Below, one piece after another: positions 1 to 10,839 of a stretch of 64,000 nucleotides of DNA; within the stretch, counting starts at the first letter, position 1, and every line of letters starts with the position of its first letter. The stretch is from Octopus bimaculoides (lineage: Eukaryota). Location: positions 35,965,438 to 36,029,437 of the forward strand of contig NC_068981.1 of NCBI RefSeq assembly GCF_001194135.2, given 5' to 3'. A model generated the notes under the pieces. That model had not been told where the DNA came from. It saw nothing but the letters and a program-made list of their open reading frames with translations, and made no database searches. The position numbers and the translations under genes are program-made.

Positions 1-450
1 TCTCCTACTCCTACACCTTCTCTTAGTTCATTTACCCATTTCTTTACCTGCAACTCTCTTCCCACCTCATCTTTTCCTTTCACCTCACTTTTGACTTCAT
101 CCACTTCATCTTTTCATTCCCTTCCTTTTTCTTTCTACATCTCTCACTCTGTTTCTCTCTTTCACCAGATTCTGTTCCCTAATGAAGCTCTTGTGGTCTG
201 ATATTCCTTATGAGTTGCAACGAGTTTTCTTAACTTAAAGGATAGAAAACTCTATTGCTCCTCATTTGTTGTGTCAACTTTTCCATGAAGAAGGACTGTT
301 TAATATAGAATTTCCACTTCCTATGACAAGTTCACTGTTGTAGGGTATGGAAAATATTATAGAGAGTACTCTTTTTATTGATTTTTCCTAAATGATATCT
401 AAGTCTTGCTAATGCAGACCAACACCAGTCTCCTTGGAGTGTATTTCATG

Positions 451-523
<73 letters not shown>

Positions 524-537
524 CATGTACCACGCAC

Positions 538-578
<41 letters not shown>

Positions 579-830
579 TATATATGCTATATATGCTATA
601 TATATATATATTTTCAAACCTGGTACCGTGTCACTGAAAGGTTTAAATGAACGTTTCTCCTACTCCTACACCTTCTCTTAGTTCATTTACTCCTTTCTTT
701 ACCTGCAGCTCTCTTCCCACTTCATTTTTTCCTTTCACCTCATTTTTGACTTCATCCACTTCATCTCTTCATTCCATTCCTCTTTCTTTTTACATCTCTC
801 ACTCTGTTTCTCTCTTTCACCAGATCCTGT
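1..830. repeat. Local duplication of a ~170-bp CT-rich block (copies at 1-~172 and ~657-828)
   Basis: Both copies run from tctcctactcctacaccttctcttagttcatttac to ctctctttcaccagat with scattered substitutions. They are separated by unique sequence and a (TA)n/(CA)n tract. The left copy is cut by the window edge. Confidence 0.9.
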
Positions 831-1589
831 AATTTCCTTTCTCTCTCTATTGTGGTAAAATTTGGTATATACTCGAAAGTATTCATAGAAGTTTTACCCT
901 TTTGCTGTAATATCACTCTTAATAATCTTCTTGTCTACCCTACATTTTAACTTTATACAATATGGCAATATTGTTTGAAATGATCTTTAGAAGTTAGTTG
1001 ATTTATCCCTTTATTAAAGTGCTCTACCCTCCTGGTCTTACTACTTATAAGGGCCTTTATATAAGTAGCCCTTCTAATTAAACACCCCTAAGAAACTAAA
1101 AATATCATGTATAGAGTTACAATAATAACTTCTAAAACCTATAATATAACCCTTAGTTTTAAAAAATTAGTGTAAAATTAGAATGTCACATAACATATAT
1201 ATTCCCTTAGCTAATACCAGGTATCAGTCTTTATTGATACTAGCTATATAAGTAAATATATAATTTTTAGTTCAGTATATTTTGACTTATCATTCATTTT
1301 CTATATATCTTCTCTACTGTGGTTAACAAGCTACATATACTTTATCATGTTTTTAACTATTTTATTCCTTTTCTATGGTGTTCTGCCCTACCAGATTATT
1401 TTATATCTTTATTATTTTATAATAGCCTTTATTTATTTCTTTATAAAATAAATCCAATATTTGTATGTCATAACCATCTGTATATTGTGGTTTTTGTCAT
1501 TTTAGTTATAAAATAAACAAATTAATCAACGGAATACATTGTCTGCAAGTCGATGGATACCGCATATTCTCCTCCATTTTCTCATTGCT

Positions 1590-1620
<31 letters not shown>

Positions 1621-1740
1621 CTATATGCATACATACACATACATATAAATATATATATATATATTATATATATATATATTATATNNNNNNNNNNNNNNNN
1701 NNNNNNNNNNNNNNNNNNNNNNNNNNNNNNNNNNNNNNNN

Positions 1741-1773
<33 letters not shown>

Positions 1774-3197
1774 ATATATATATAAATACATATCTGTTTG
1801 AAATTGTGAAGAAAAAATCTATAAGTATATGAATGCAGATATGGATAGGTAGTTAAGAAGTTTGTTTCAAACCAAATGGTTCTAGGATCAATGGCACTGC
1901 ACAAGGCACCATGTATTTGAGGAAATCAATGTCTGTTGAGTAGCCTTTAACTCAATCACACTGTTTTTACCACCATATGCTTACTACATTCACTCATCCA
2001 TTTTGGTTCTTCTTCCTTCACCACACTCTCTTCTGTCCAGCCTCTTGGTCATTCACCTTGAGAGAATGAACACATAGAATAGTGAGGATTCTTTAGTGCA
2101 ATGAGATGCATGACAACCTCACACAAAAATGTAACCACACATGATTATTGCTGATTTTTTTTCCTCTTTCGTCTTGGACTTTTCTGTTTGCAAAGAAGAG
2201 CTGTGCTCAAAGCATAAAACTTCTACTCTTTTCTTTCTCTGAGCAACTTATTAATACATTGCTTGTGTTATGTCCAAACGTTTGTTTCTTTTCTTTTTGC
2301 CTGTGTTTGTTTGAATTGACTGTATATATATGTGTGTGTGTGTGTATATATATATATATACAGAAGCTAGAAATGAGAAAATCAAATATTTTCTATTATA
2401 TATATAATATAAAGGAAGAAACTATGTTTCCAACTAATAAAATTATTTGCTAATAAAATTAAGAATATTTTAATTTTCATTTTAAAGTCAAGTAACTTTG
2501 TAAAAGCATTTTAGAATAATTAAATGTGTGTGTTTTTCTGTTGTCTTTTCTTGGATACATTTTTTTCATATAATTCTTGACTTTAATTAGAATAGATTTA
2601 TTTATAAAAATCTTTCAATATTTTAGAAATTCTCAAACTGTAGATGGCAATATTTCGTAGACTATTCGAAGAATTTGAAAATAGAATATAGTATTTTTGT
2701 TTTATTCATGTTGTGTCATTTTACCTCTAATACTGCCATCTTCCAGTGGAAAAGTTTGCATTTTACTAACGTTTTTGGGGTGGTGGTAGGGCAGAAGTAA
2801 ATGTTTGTTGTTTGGTTAAGCAATGATAAATGTTTAAATCTAGTTAAAGTGTAATGTCCTGCAAGTTTTGTTGAAAAAGGCAGCTCTGTTTTCTTTTTTT
2901 TTTTTCTCTATAAGATTTACACATGATTTTTAAAAACTTAACTCTTACTGAAATTCACTAATAATATATGAGCTGTTGTCTTGAGAGAAAAAGATACTTA
3001 AATATACATCAACAAATCATTAAGAAAACGTCAATAATAATACTTAACTTGAACTATTTTGAACCTTCAGTCTATGCCCTACATTTAAGATTAATGTAGA
3101 TGATAGGGCAAAATTACTCCTTCATAAAGATAATCCAGAGTTCTAAATTTCAAGAGGATTTGAACTTTCAATCAATGCTTCACGTTTGATACCATCT

Positions 3198-3861
3198 ATG
3201 CTCTTTTGATACCAGTCAGCCTGAGGCTGCTCTAGGTTCTATAATACAAGCTTCTTGTTTTAAAGTGATCTAAATTTAAGCCTTAATCAAAATTTTATGT
3301 TATTTTATCATCCAAACATCAGCTTAATAATGACTAAGTTGTTGCTGGTATTGATGTTCTTCTTCATCATCATTGTCGTCGTTGTCATTTAACATTTGCC
3401 TTCCATGCTGGCATAGGTTGGACAGTTGGACAAAATCTGATGGCCCAAGGACTGCATTGTGCTTTAATGTCTGATTTGGCATGGTTTCTATGGCTGGATA
3501 CCCTTCCTAATGCTTCCCGCTTTACAGTGTGCACTGGGTGCTTTTTTCATGCTATCAGTACTGGTGAGATTGCCATGCAGCTTGCAAGACTATTAAGCCT
3601 AAGGTATGACAGGGGTAGAGGTGTTAGAGTATGAAAGAGAGGGCAGGTTAGAACAGCTTCTAGTAGAGGAGCTGCATGCTAGTAGGGGTGGAAGAGTGTG
3701 ATCAGTAAGAGTTGCAAAGAGATAGATAGGATACGAGGTGTCCAGATGGCCCCACAAGTCATGAGATAAATAGGATTATTTTACTAAGTTCTTCATTATT
3801 TTCAAAATTAGGAGATACAAGGGCAGTGTATTTCAACAAAAATATGTAATGAAAGAGTTAA
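3198..3861. mobile_element. Probable non-autonomous DNA element (MITE-like) split by an inserted SINE block at ~3345-3775
   Basis: The left part starts ctcttttgatacc and the right part ends gtaatgaaagagttaa, an imperfect inverted match (ttaactctttcattac). The text either side of the insert reads as one continuous element that resembles a common octopus repeat from memory. Confidence 0.35.
3370..3575 (-). mobile_element. SINE with RTE-LINE-derived 3' tail
   Basis: Plus strand reads catcatcat...aacatttgccttccatgctggcataggttggac...ctggatacccttcctaatg. This is the reverse complement of the RTE-type tail (catgccagcatggaa...gttaaa-gatgat) also seen at 27501-27530. Confidence 0.75.
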
Positions 3862-4950
3862 AGAACTATTTCTACACCCATCAAGGAAAACGTGAAAGAA
3901 AAGTGAGAAAGCAAATTATTCTAGTAGATGGAAGGCAGCAGAAGAGGAAAAGACATGAAATGTGTGATACAAAATACTGTATTTAATGATAGAAAAATGT
4001 TAAGACCTTATTACAAATCAGAAATTAAAATTGCAAAGAAGTTCATTACCATTGCAGGCAATAGACAGCCCTTGGCTGTTTGCTGGTGATGGGATCTGGC
4101 TACAAGAAAAATATTTCTACTGCACAAATGCTGCTTCCATTCATACCAAGCAAAATCTCACCAGTTTAAATAAACTTCCCTGGTGGAAACATTTAAATGG
4201 AATAAATTTTGGATAAATAATTTTTTTTTAAAGATTCTATATGATTTTCCTGTTCTTCGATTAAAATAAATCTAATGTTCTCTCTTGTAAAAAGACACTA
4301 AAAATACCTAACAGGATGATCATCCAATAATATAGAAAATTAAAAATTTTCATAAATAAAATAGACAACAATATAATTTATTCAAGTCACTTTTATAAAT
4401 ATAATTTTTATTTCATTTTTCCTATCATATCTATCTGCAGCAGTTATTTTGTACAAATTTCCCCAAAGAAAAGTGTTTATTAAATAAATCATAAGATTTT
4501 CCTTGAAATAAAATGAATTTCAGAAGAACTGAAGATGTCTAATTCATGAAATAACTAAGTTTAGAAGTAAATTGTTTTGAAATAACTTTAAGACACTTAA
4601 GCACACTTCCCAGTGAAACTAGATTGAGACACAGAAGATTTAATTTTTAGAATCTGATTTTAGCAACTATTCTAAAATTAGAAAGCATTTCTCATATTAT
4701 CAGATTCTTATAACTATAAGGATAGCTTCTTTGAGAACTGAAAAGGTTAAAAATATCTCTTGCAAAGTATTAAGAAAATAATAGTGATAGACGAAGAGGA
4801 TAAGATAAATTTGAATAGGTAAGAAGTAAAGCTAATGAAATAAAAAATTTAAGTTAAGTTTCAAAGATGGCAAATTTATTAATGAAACATAAGGCCGTAT
4901 TTTGTTACACAATATAGTCAAATAAAATGTACTATTTTTTTTCTTTACAG

Positions 4951-4993
4951 ACATGTGCTACACATGCAAATCTCTGAAGAATAATCTTCAAAG
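4951..4993 (+). CDS. Candidate 43-nt internal exon, phase 1->2, xMCYTCKSLKNNLQ(R/S); product unknown
   Basis: Strong acceptor ttttttttctttacag and donor ag|gtacta. Only one frame is open. No homology recognised. Confidence 0.3.
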
Positions 4994-5674
4994 GTACTAA
5001 TGAAGAAAATGCTATTTACTTTTATAATTAAAGTAGATATATATTCAGGAGATGATGATTCATTTTGTTGTAACTCACTGTGTCTCAGTTTAAGTCATTA
5101 ATCAAGTAACAAACTGCATATGTGTGTTATGTATGAATATATATCTGTATGTATATGTGTATGCGTGTATATATAGGCAAATCCAAAATAAATTTAAAAA
5201 AACAGAAAAAGAAACAAATATCAAAAGGACATACACAATGAATGTATTAGATTGATGCTCAGAGAACGTCTAAGATGGTAAAAACAGAAGTGTGACATTT
5301 TGAGCATGACTGTTCATTAGAAAGAGGAAAATGGCAGAGAGAAGGAAAAGAATAGTTCAAGAAAAGCACATACATATACAGGTCTGTGTGTACATATACA
5401 TCTTTGAGTAAGAGTATAAGTTATGCTGTTGTTGTAACTGCAAAGTGCACTGTGTAAGAGATAAGTACTGGAGTGGTGTCTTGTTTCACTTCTTCTGGCT
5501 TGTAGAATGCAACAGGACTTGCACTCAGCACTGCCACTTGTGATTTATCCAGACACTTGTCTATTGTCCCTTCTGATATCTGTTTTCAGTATGCTGTTTC
5601 TAACTAAGCTAATTCAAATTATATCTGTTGTTGATACATTGTCTATTTGACAGGTTGTTGATGTATCTAGTTTC

Positions 5675-5714
<40 letters not shown>

Positions 5715-6166
5715 NNNNNNNNNNNNNNNNNNNNNNNNNNNNNNNNNNNNNNNNNNNNNNNNNNNNNNNNNNNNNNNNNNNNNNNNNNNNNNNNNNNNNN
5801 NNNNNNNNNNNNNNNNNNNNNNNNNNNNNNNNNNNNNNNNNNNNNNNNNNNNNNNNNNNNNNNNNNNNNNNNNNNNNNNNNNNNNNNNNNNNNNNNNNNN
5901 NNNNNNNNNNNNNNNNNNNNNNNNNNNNNNNNNNNNNNNNNNNNNNNNNNNNNNNNNNNNNNNNNNNNNNNNNNNNNNNNNNNNNNNNNNNNNNNNNNNN
6001 NNNNNNNNNNNNNNNNNNNNNNNNNNNNNNNNNNNNNNNNNNNNNNNNNNNNNNNNNNNNNNNNNNNNNNNNNNNNNNNNNNNNNNNNNNNNNNNNNNNN
6101 NNNNNNNNNNNNNNNNNNNNNNNNNNNNNNNNNNNNNNNNNNNNNNNNNNNNNNNNNNNNNNNNNN
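5715..6166. other. Assembly gap (N run) flanked by (TA)n; other gaps at 1685-1740, 26056-26065, 26889-27500, 37091-37256, 49738-49747
   Basis: Runs of n seen directly. Confidence 0.99.
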
Positions 6167-6202
<36 letters not shown>

Positions 6203-6204
<2 letters not shown>

Positions 6205-6272
6205 TTTATTTAAAAGCAGCAGAAATATAACAAAAAAACCGTTACTCTGAGTTTCACGTTCCCGTTCATCGG
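6203..6272 (-). ncRNA. Truncated minimal type I hammerhead ribozyme motif in a Penelope-like terminal fragment
   Basis: Minus strand reads CCGAUGA (6272-6266), stem II ACG-GGAA-CGU, GAA, stem III ACUC-A-GAGU, then A (GUA cleavage triplet, 6245-6243). The core differs from CUGANGA at one base, and the 5' arm of stem I is missing. Confidence 0.65.
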
Positions 6273-6342
6273 TAAGAATTCAATAAAATAGCATGCATGT
6301 ACATATAGATACACAAATAAAAAAAAACTTGATTAAACTTAC

Positions 6343-6375
6343 CACCTGTTTCTTTATTTAGTGCAAAATACTCAC
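6343..6375 (-). CDS. Candidate 33-nt symmetric (phase 1->1) exon encoding xEYFALNKETG; weakly cadherin-like
   Basis: Acceptor tttatcttttccttttactttctttcag and donor gtg|gtaagt. One frame is open. The peptide resembles the cadherin-repeat F-x-I/L-x-x-x-T-G segment. Confidence 0.45.
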
Positions 6376-6958
6376 CTGAAAGAAAGTAAAAGGAAAAGAT
6401 AAATGACATTTAATACCTGTATACACATACAAACACACACACACAAAAATATTTAAGTATACTTTATAGGCAAGTTTCTTTTCTGCATACAAAAAATTCT
6501 ATATTTCCTCACTAACTTAGAAACCAGGCACCTTCGAATGCTATACTAACCATTAAAACAGTAAAAAATCATTGGTCATCACCCCTACTATAATCAACAT
6601 CAACATCGTCGTCGTCGTCGTCGTCGTCATCATCATCATTTTTGTCATTGTTTTCATCATTACGACCATTATCATCATCATTTCTAGTAACATTATGATT
6701 ATTATTTAATTATTCATAAAATCTCTTTTCGCAATTCTAACAAGATTCTTGTTACTAAATCCATTATATTTTTTAGAATTAATGTGAGAGTCAATGGTTA
6801 AAATGATTCCTATTATAATTTTAGTTACAGATTTTGTTCACTCACTTTACCAAAAGACATTTCAATCTTTAATACATGAAGGAAATTGAGATTCTCTTTT
6901 GAATATGGGAAGAAAATAATAGCTATGACAAATTTGGAAATTGAAGTGTGTGTGTGTG

Positions 6959-6996
<38 letters not shown>

Positions 6997-8038
6997 CATA
7001 TATATATTGAAACAAAAAGTCGTCAGAATTTTGGAAAAAAAATCTGTTTATTTCTTCATTATTATTATTAGGGCTTTCATTCATTTCTCAAACTTGTCAA
7101 ATAAAATTTTGTGAATGTACAAACAGCTTATTCATTTATATAAAACAGGTGTTTTTTGGGGCTTTTGTTTATAAGAAGAGAACATTGTTTTTGTTTTTTT
7201 AGGTGAGATTCCATTGACAATGGAGATGGATAGATAGAAATATAGGTAGGTAGATAGGCTGACAGATAGATAGATAGATAGATAGATAGGTAAGAGAGGG
7301 AGAGAGAGAAGGGGAATTCCCCTTCCTATACACCATTTATTTATTTAGTCATTTACCATTGTATTGGAATGGGCTTAAGGATGGTGACCTCTTCAAAAGA
7401 AAAAAAAAACATACAGGTGATGTGTGGTCATCACTGAAAGACTTTTTGCATCCTCTTTCCTTCTTTATTCATCTTTCTTTCTTTTTCTCCTCTTTGAGTT
7501 ATATTCTCCCCTTTGCTTTCAAACATTCAAATTTGGAGTGAATTATGTATACATATATATATATATGTACACACACGTAAAGCTAGAACATCCCAATGTT
7601 ACACATATATATATACCTGAACATTTGTAGAGATGAGCCACATTTGGAATAAAAAATGCAATTCTCTGCTTTGCCTTCAAACATTCAATTTTGGAGAGAA
7701 TCTCTTGATGAAGTGTGCGTGTGTGTGTGTGCGTGCGTGTGTGTGTGTATGTGTGTGTGTGTGCATGTGTGTGTGTGTTTAGGAACATGTCCATGTTTTA
7801 ACTGTGTAACTTTGATAATTTCTGTGCATCACACCTAACACTCTATACATATGTAAACGCCGGTGTTAAAAAGGGGGTAGCTGATGAAGAAGAATGTTCT
7901 CTATGTGGCTTGTGTGTTTTCTCGTCTACGTTTTGTTTGTAATGTCCTGTACCCAGATATGCACCTTATACATACAGGTGGATGTCGGTATGCACATACC
8001 TGTATGTATATATGCATATACTCATTTACTGTTTGTTT

Positions 8039-8089
<51 letters not shown>

Positions 8090-8614
8090 CACACACACAC
8101 ACACGCGCATATATATATATATATCATTTCAAAATACTGGTTTAAGTAAATCTCTTCAGAATGTGAATATAGATAGATGCATCGGTTAGGATGCAAAAAT
8201 AATTGATACATATGTGGTAGTAATATAAACAAAGGTAGTAAATCTTACATTAAATTTTGTTCTTGCACTGGTAAATTCGCTGGGTAGAGGTTTGATTGTG
8301 GTAGACTGGTTAGTTTCGTTGGGTAATTAGGACGGGGTGAGTACTATTTAGGTGCGGGGTTCCTAGTTTAATTAAGCACATTTTTTTCGCACTTGTGTAT
8401 TCAATTTGTTTATATTCTGCAATTAGTTATCACCAGTAGTAATATCAGTGGCCAGAAAAGTCTGGTTGAGCAACAGTAATAGAAATGGGTAGTGTATGTC
8501 TATAAATCTTATCTTTGATCTTGTGCTCATGCCTGACATAGAACTGTCTTTCTCGCCACTATCGCCCCAGTGGATTAAAGTAAATGTTATTCTTGCAAGT
8601 TGCATAAGAAGCCC

Positions 8615-8785
8615 TCTAGTGCTGGTGCTACGAAATAGAGTACCTAGTATACTCTGTAAAGTGGTTAGCAGTAGGAAGGAATTTCAGCCATAGAAACCAT
8701 GCCAAAGCAGACATTGGAACAATCTTGTCAAAGTGTTCAACTCATGCCAGTATAGAAGAGGGGAATTAAAAGATGATGATGATGG
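8615..8785 (+). mobile_element. SINE with RTE-type tail ending in (GAT)n; further copies at ~13990-14190, 25990-26030 (tail only) and 58545-58730
   Basis: Shared motifs tacctagtatactctgtaaagtggttagcagtaggaagg...ctcatgccagtatagaagagg...aaagatgatgatg. Confidence 0.7.
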
Positions 8786-9889
8786 TAATAATGATAGATT
8801 GGTTTCTTATACATGGGAACATTTGTTTCACTTCAAATTCATTTAATTTTATGAAGAATGGATAAATTTTACTCTTATGAGTTTAAAAAAAAATAGTGGC
8901 TTGTTATCTCCCAAGAATTTGTACTTAGTAATATATCTTTCACTGACTGAAGTGTGTGGTATTTTTCCTTTGCTTGACAACCTGATATATCTTATGAGAG
9001 TAACCGATTGCTCTTAAGCATTTCTTTAAAGAATGGTTCTTACTCCTCTTTCTTTCGTTTAAGTCAAGACTTAAGCTATTCTATACTTTCACTTTCCTTC
9101 CATTTTCCTCTTCCAGACTTCCTTTCTATTATGTGTGCTTGTGTCTGTGGTCATTCATAATAAATGTTTGCAAGCATACACATACATATATGTATATATA
9201 TGTTGGTGTGTGAACTTACATATGTGTATATATATATATGTGTGTGTGTGTGTGAGTATGTGTGTGTGTATGTGTACAATGTACACTCATAATGCTCTCC
9301 TAATCTCTCTTTTATACACACATATACATAGCATTTGAAACAATTTCATTGAAACATAATTAGGCATATCTTCCTATTTAGGTTGGTTTATGGGTAATTT
9401 TGAAGTAAATCAGGAAAGTGATTAAAGGTCAAAGAATGTGATGTGGCAGAGAAAGCAGAGGAATAGTACTGAAGTCAAGCTGAAAGAACTAGAGTAGCAT
9501 GGAATAGAGAATGATGACAGTGCTTATACTTGAAATATAGTTCATTAATGTTAGGTGGAAAGCATTTAGTATTTATTTGAAGGGCTGATTATTGAGACCA
9601 ACAACAGGTCAATTTGATATTCTGAAAATCTCTGAAGATTACTGGCGTTGTAATGAGTTTTGGTTTCTTCAAATTGGTATGGTTACGAAGTTTTACTCTA
9701 AGTCAGTTAAAATTACAAAACCTTCCACAGTTACTGACCCTCAGAAAAAAAAGCAAGCACCACAAAATTTATCTGAAATTACTTTAAATACATAAGGTGG
9801 CTGAGGTTGTTTGTATTTATACCTAGATAAGTAGATTGTTTTTATTTTGAATAAATGTTCTTGTTAAGTTAGTCATTTAGTTCACAAAT

Positions 9890-10020
9890 ATCCCAGTGTA
9901 TCTAAGATTATATCGTTTGATGTATTCTACATTTTTAAAGACTGTAGAGTATGATCAGAGGGAGATTTGGCTGCTGTTTCTAGTAGTTTAAGTGACCACA
10001 AAGTGGTTTTCTTATTGGTT
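9890..10020 (+). repeat. Unclassified interspersed repeat family; other copies at ~31480-31570, 42085-42290, 45930-46110, 51340-51480, 51800-51985
   Basis: Recurrent motifs cagacc(t/c)atgatcaaagg(c)a-ttc and gagggagatttggctgctatttctag..ggtt.agtgacca. Confidence 0.6.
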
Positions 10021-10770
10021 GGAAGCTGTAGAACATGGTGTTAGTGTTATGGTAGCAATGTTCATTTAATCGGGAATTGTGATTCTGTGATTGCCCTTAT
10101 ATTGGTCTATTGAGAATGAATTAGGTATAATAATTCTCTTGATGGTAGTTACTATGTTGATGGTTATTATATTTGTAAGTTAGTGTAACAGCAATTATTG
10201 ACTATGTTGTGGAATAATAGTATTGATGGACACAGGGTCATGATAGTATCTACAAGGTAAAAATTAGTAGAATCTTTAGAGTATTGGACAGAATGCCTTA
10301 TGGTATTCATTCTGGCTCTCTCTGTGTTCTGAGTTCAAATCCTGTTGAGGCCAACTTTGCTTTCTATCTCCTTGGAGTCAGTAAATAAAGCACCAGTCTA
10401 GTTTCATTATCTTCTTCCCCTTTTTCTGAAGGAAATTGACAGTGATCGGACCTAGAAAGAGATGGACTTTGCCAGGTTTAGATGATCATGAAATACTGAA
10501 TGTAATAATGGCATCCATATGGTTCCACCAGGAGTTGAAAGCTCAAGGCAACAATGTCTTTGCCTGACAAAAAATGTATGGTACAATTATGGGAAATCAG
10601 TTGGTTGCATTGATATTTGAATTTGTTTGTCTTGTGTTAGCTTCTGACAAAACACCAGTTTTATAGTGGCAGGTTTTGTATTTGTAGTTCAATACCTTAA
10701 TCTCCCTGGTCTTATATATTTTTAACTATATAATAGACATACCAATCCTGAACCTAAAACACTTGCTTAC

Positions 10771-10839
10771 CACATTTGTCAAGATTCTCCAATTTGCATA
10801 TACATTATATTCATGTTCAGAACCAAGCAGTGTACATGT
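10771..10839 (-). CDS. Candidate 69-nt phase 0->0 exon, TCTLLGSEHEYNVYANWRILTNV; product unknown
   Basis: Acceptor tatttgtttag and donor gtg|gtaagc. One frame is open and the peptide has a non-repetitive composition. Confidence 0.35.

Noticed and set aside
7308-7325. Perfect 18-bp palindrome gaaggggaattccccttc
   Set aside because: It is isolated and sits at a GA-rich/CT-rich junction, with no context suggesting function.
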